Source of the DNA: a virus
IMG/VR virus record: IMGVR_UViG_3300017971_000027
Location: 1 to 64,000 of that record
DNA length: 64,000 nt
Strand: one strand, 5' to 3'
Both the position numbers and the translations under genes were made by a program. The notes beneath the pieces were generated by a model that made no database searches, was not told the origin of the DNA, and saw only the letters and a list, made by a program, of their open reading frames with translations. Below are positions 62,099-64,000 of this stretch, one piece after another. Numbering within the stretch: position 1 is the stretch's first letter; each line of letters starts with the position of its first letter.

Positions 62099-63103
62099 TC
62101 ACACCTTCTTCCTGTATTCGTACAGCTCCTCGTTCACACCATCTCCATCACAGATTTCTAAATAGTCGCACGGGTAGTTGACGCCGTATAGTTGACACCC
62201 ACTCCTGTTACGCACCCATTCTCCACGTCTAGCACAACCTCGTATATCTCCTGCCAGCGCAGTGTATCGGGCAACCTCAGCTTCAAGGTCAAACTCGTGC
62301 CGGTAAAACATTCGACCAAACTCAGAGCCACCTCGGTAACCGGGGAAGTAGTGTTTCGGTTTCGCGAGAATATCAGCCCTGACACGAGCCATAAACTCTT
62401 CATGTTCTTCGTCCTTGCGTTTCCGCATCCGTGCCGGTGAACGTACAACCTGCATCGTACAGGTCTCGGCTTCTGGCCAGAGCAGGAAGTATGTCCCGAT
62501 CTGGTTGTTCAGGTAGTGAACGTTGAAGAACCGGTCTGGCGACATGCTGAACTTCCGTTCGACGAAATCGCTATAGTATATTGACCGGCCATCATAGACC
62601 GCCTTTATAAACGGGCCTTCCGGTACGATTTGTTTTTCGACTTCGCATTGAGATTGATAATCACCAACACCGACATCGAGTCCGAGATGGTTCGCTGCGT
62701 CAACGACCGCCTCTACCATTGCAACAAACTTATCTGGCAGGTGCAGTTCAGCGCAGTATACCCTGTCAACTTGAAGTACGGCGTTTTCAGTCCCATCACA
62801 GTAATCGTTACACGCTTTGTCCCATACAAGTCCCATACGCATAGCTGAAGATTTGTACTGAATCTTCTTTTTAATCCCGCAGATGTATCGCAGGTAGTAT
62901 GCGTATCGGCACCGCTGCCAGACCATAGCCTGACTGTGCGACATGCGAGGGTACCGAGTTCGAGCAGCTTCGATGCATAGAAAATGAGACGGTTTCGTGC
63001 ATGTGCCGATACTGCCATTCTCGTCCTTGATATAATACTTGCATGGAGTGTTTTTGCCCTTAATCCTGTCAGGGCATGTTGCCTTGTAGATGTCTGTCAG
63101 CAT
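62099..63103 (-). CDS. PD-(D/E)XK Cas4/RecB-like exonuclease
   Basis: SHS......CR..YY, D......E.K, Q...Y, C......C.Y..IC. Confidence 0.8.
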   Translation of the reverse strand: MLTDIYKATCPDRIKGKNTPCKYYIKDENGSIGTCTKPSHFLCIEAARTRYPRMSHSQAMVWQRCRYAYYLRYICGIKKKIQYKSSAMRMGLVWDKACNDYCDGTENAVLQVDRVYCAELHLPDKFVAMVEAVVDAANHLGLDVGVGDYQSQCEVEKQIVPEGPFIKAVYDGRSIYYSDFVERKFSMSPDRFFNVHYLNNQIGTYFLLWPEAETCTMQVVRSPARMRKRKDEEHEEFMARVRADILAKPKHYFPGYRGGSEFGRMFYRHEFDLEAEVARYTALAGDIRGCARRGEWVRNRSGCQLYGVNYPCDYLEICDGDGVNEELYEYRKKV

Positions 63104-63334
63104 GCGCTCATAAGCCTATTGGCAAGTCTTTGCAGCAATCCAGCTCGCTTAAACATTGGACAACCGTTTGGGTTCGTGTTCACCTCGTCACAGAATTCAT
63201 TATGGTCGACCCAGTAACCATGTTCTGGATTCCAAATCGATTTCACGACGACCTCTTTACACTGTGGGCCGCAATAGTTGCTATAAAGAACGTGGTCGCA
63301 TTCTATACAAGCGGACATATTAGGCATCCTCTAA

Positions 63335-63420
63335 GAAACGCAGGAAACGGCAGAACGATAGGTTTGAATTATACGTCCCACCGCTTCCTCGCGCTCCGTG
63401 GGGGCAACTTCGACCGAGTC
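63335..63420 (-). ncRNA. candidate short Y RNA downstream of the Ro60 gene
   Basis: GTCGAAG motif at 63414-63408, CCCAC/GTGGG stem, pyrimidine-rich 3' tail. Confidence 0.3.
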
Positions 63421-63423
63421 GGC

Positions 63424-64000
63424 CTATAGTTCGACCGCTTCGATCTTCCTGACCATCTCAGCACGTTTACCTTCGGTCATGTTAGACATGAACTCGAAGA
63501 TCTTTTCCGAGAAGCCAGCGATGCAGTAAGCTTTCCGTTCAGGGAACATCAGCTGACCATAACCCTGCAAGTCGAAACTATAGATTTCAGGGTCCGCATC
63601 GTATTTCTTGCAGTACTTGGCAAACGAGCTACGCGGGTTGCCACGCTCGTTGCCTATCCAGCCCTGCATGTCAGACAGGATAATCACCCTGTCGTACTTC
63701 TTGTTCGCAACTTCGAAAATTGCGTGGAAGTTTGTGCCACCAGCTTTGAATTGCATATTTTCAGCCAAGGTCAACACGTTTGCACTCGGGTCCAGATTAC
63801 GGTATTGCGCGTAACTCTGGAACGTCATGAAATCAGCGTTGTTCGACTTGAATAGCACGGCTGCGAACATCGCACCAATCTCTGCCGGTGTAGGTGCTGG
63901 CTTGCCGTTAGGCTGCGTTCCACCACCCCACTGCATTGAACCGGACACGTCCAGCACGACAAGTGTGTCACCGTCGAATACCGGCACGTTCTCAAGTGCA
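63424..64000 (-). CDS. TROVE-domain Ro60/Rsr protein, C-terminal vWA part (5' end beyond window)
   Basis: ALENVP.F.G.TLVVLDVSGSM (MIDAS), GGTNF, DRVIILSDMQ.W, FDL.GYG, AGFSEKIF. Confidence 0.9.
   Translation of the reverse strand, partial: ALENVPVFDGDTLVVLDVSGSMQWGGGTQPNGKPAPTPAEIGAMFAAVLFKSNNADFMTFQSYAQYRNLDPSANVLTLAENMQFKAGGTNFHAIFEVANKKYDRVIILSDMQGWIGNERGNPRSSFAKYCKKYDADPEIYSFDLQGYGQLMFPERKAYCIAGFSEKIFEFMSNMTEGKRAEMVRKIEAVEL

Overview
The window is an internal 64-kb segment of a tailed dsDNA phage (siphovirus-type). 1-23.9 kb (minus strand) is the morphogenesis module: TerS, TerL, SPP1-like portal, scaffold, major capsid, decoration/adaptor genes, neck, tail tube, frameshifted tail chaperones, tape measure and distal tail. 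An ~8.7-kb block of glycosyltransferases, sulfotransferases, a radical SAM enzyme, an NDP-sugar epimerase and a methyltransferase sits between the head-tail adaptor and head-closure genes. 24-50.8 kb is an early/accessory region of small genes driven by repeated near-consensus sigma70 promoters. It includes tatA next to a twin-arginine protein, ArdC, a histone-fold protein, a dockerin-bearing protein and an adenine MTase. It also holds an ~830-nt structured noncoding locus that contains a circularly permuted tRNA mimic with the architecture of bacterial YrlA Y RNAs, and a 1.8-kb island packed with restriction-site hexamers that appear purged from the rest of the window. 50.8-64 kb (minus strand) is the nucleotide metabolism/recombination module (NrdJ, DinG-like helicase, phosphoesterase, ERCC4 nuclease, SSB, Sak4-like ATPase, Cas4-like nuclease), ending in a partial TROVE/Ro60 gene. 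The strongest candidates for an undescribed system are (1) a phage Ro60 + Y RNA/large ncRNA system, (2) a virion glyco-sulfation cluster, (3) the restriction-site island and (4) a phage Tat module with a tail-motif chimera. All calls were made by eye from motifs and synteny; no searches or folding programs were run.
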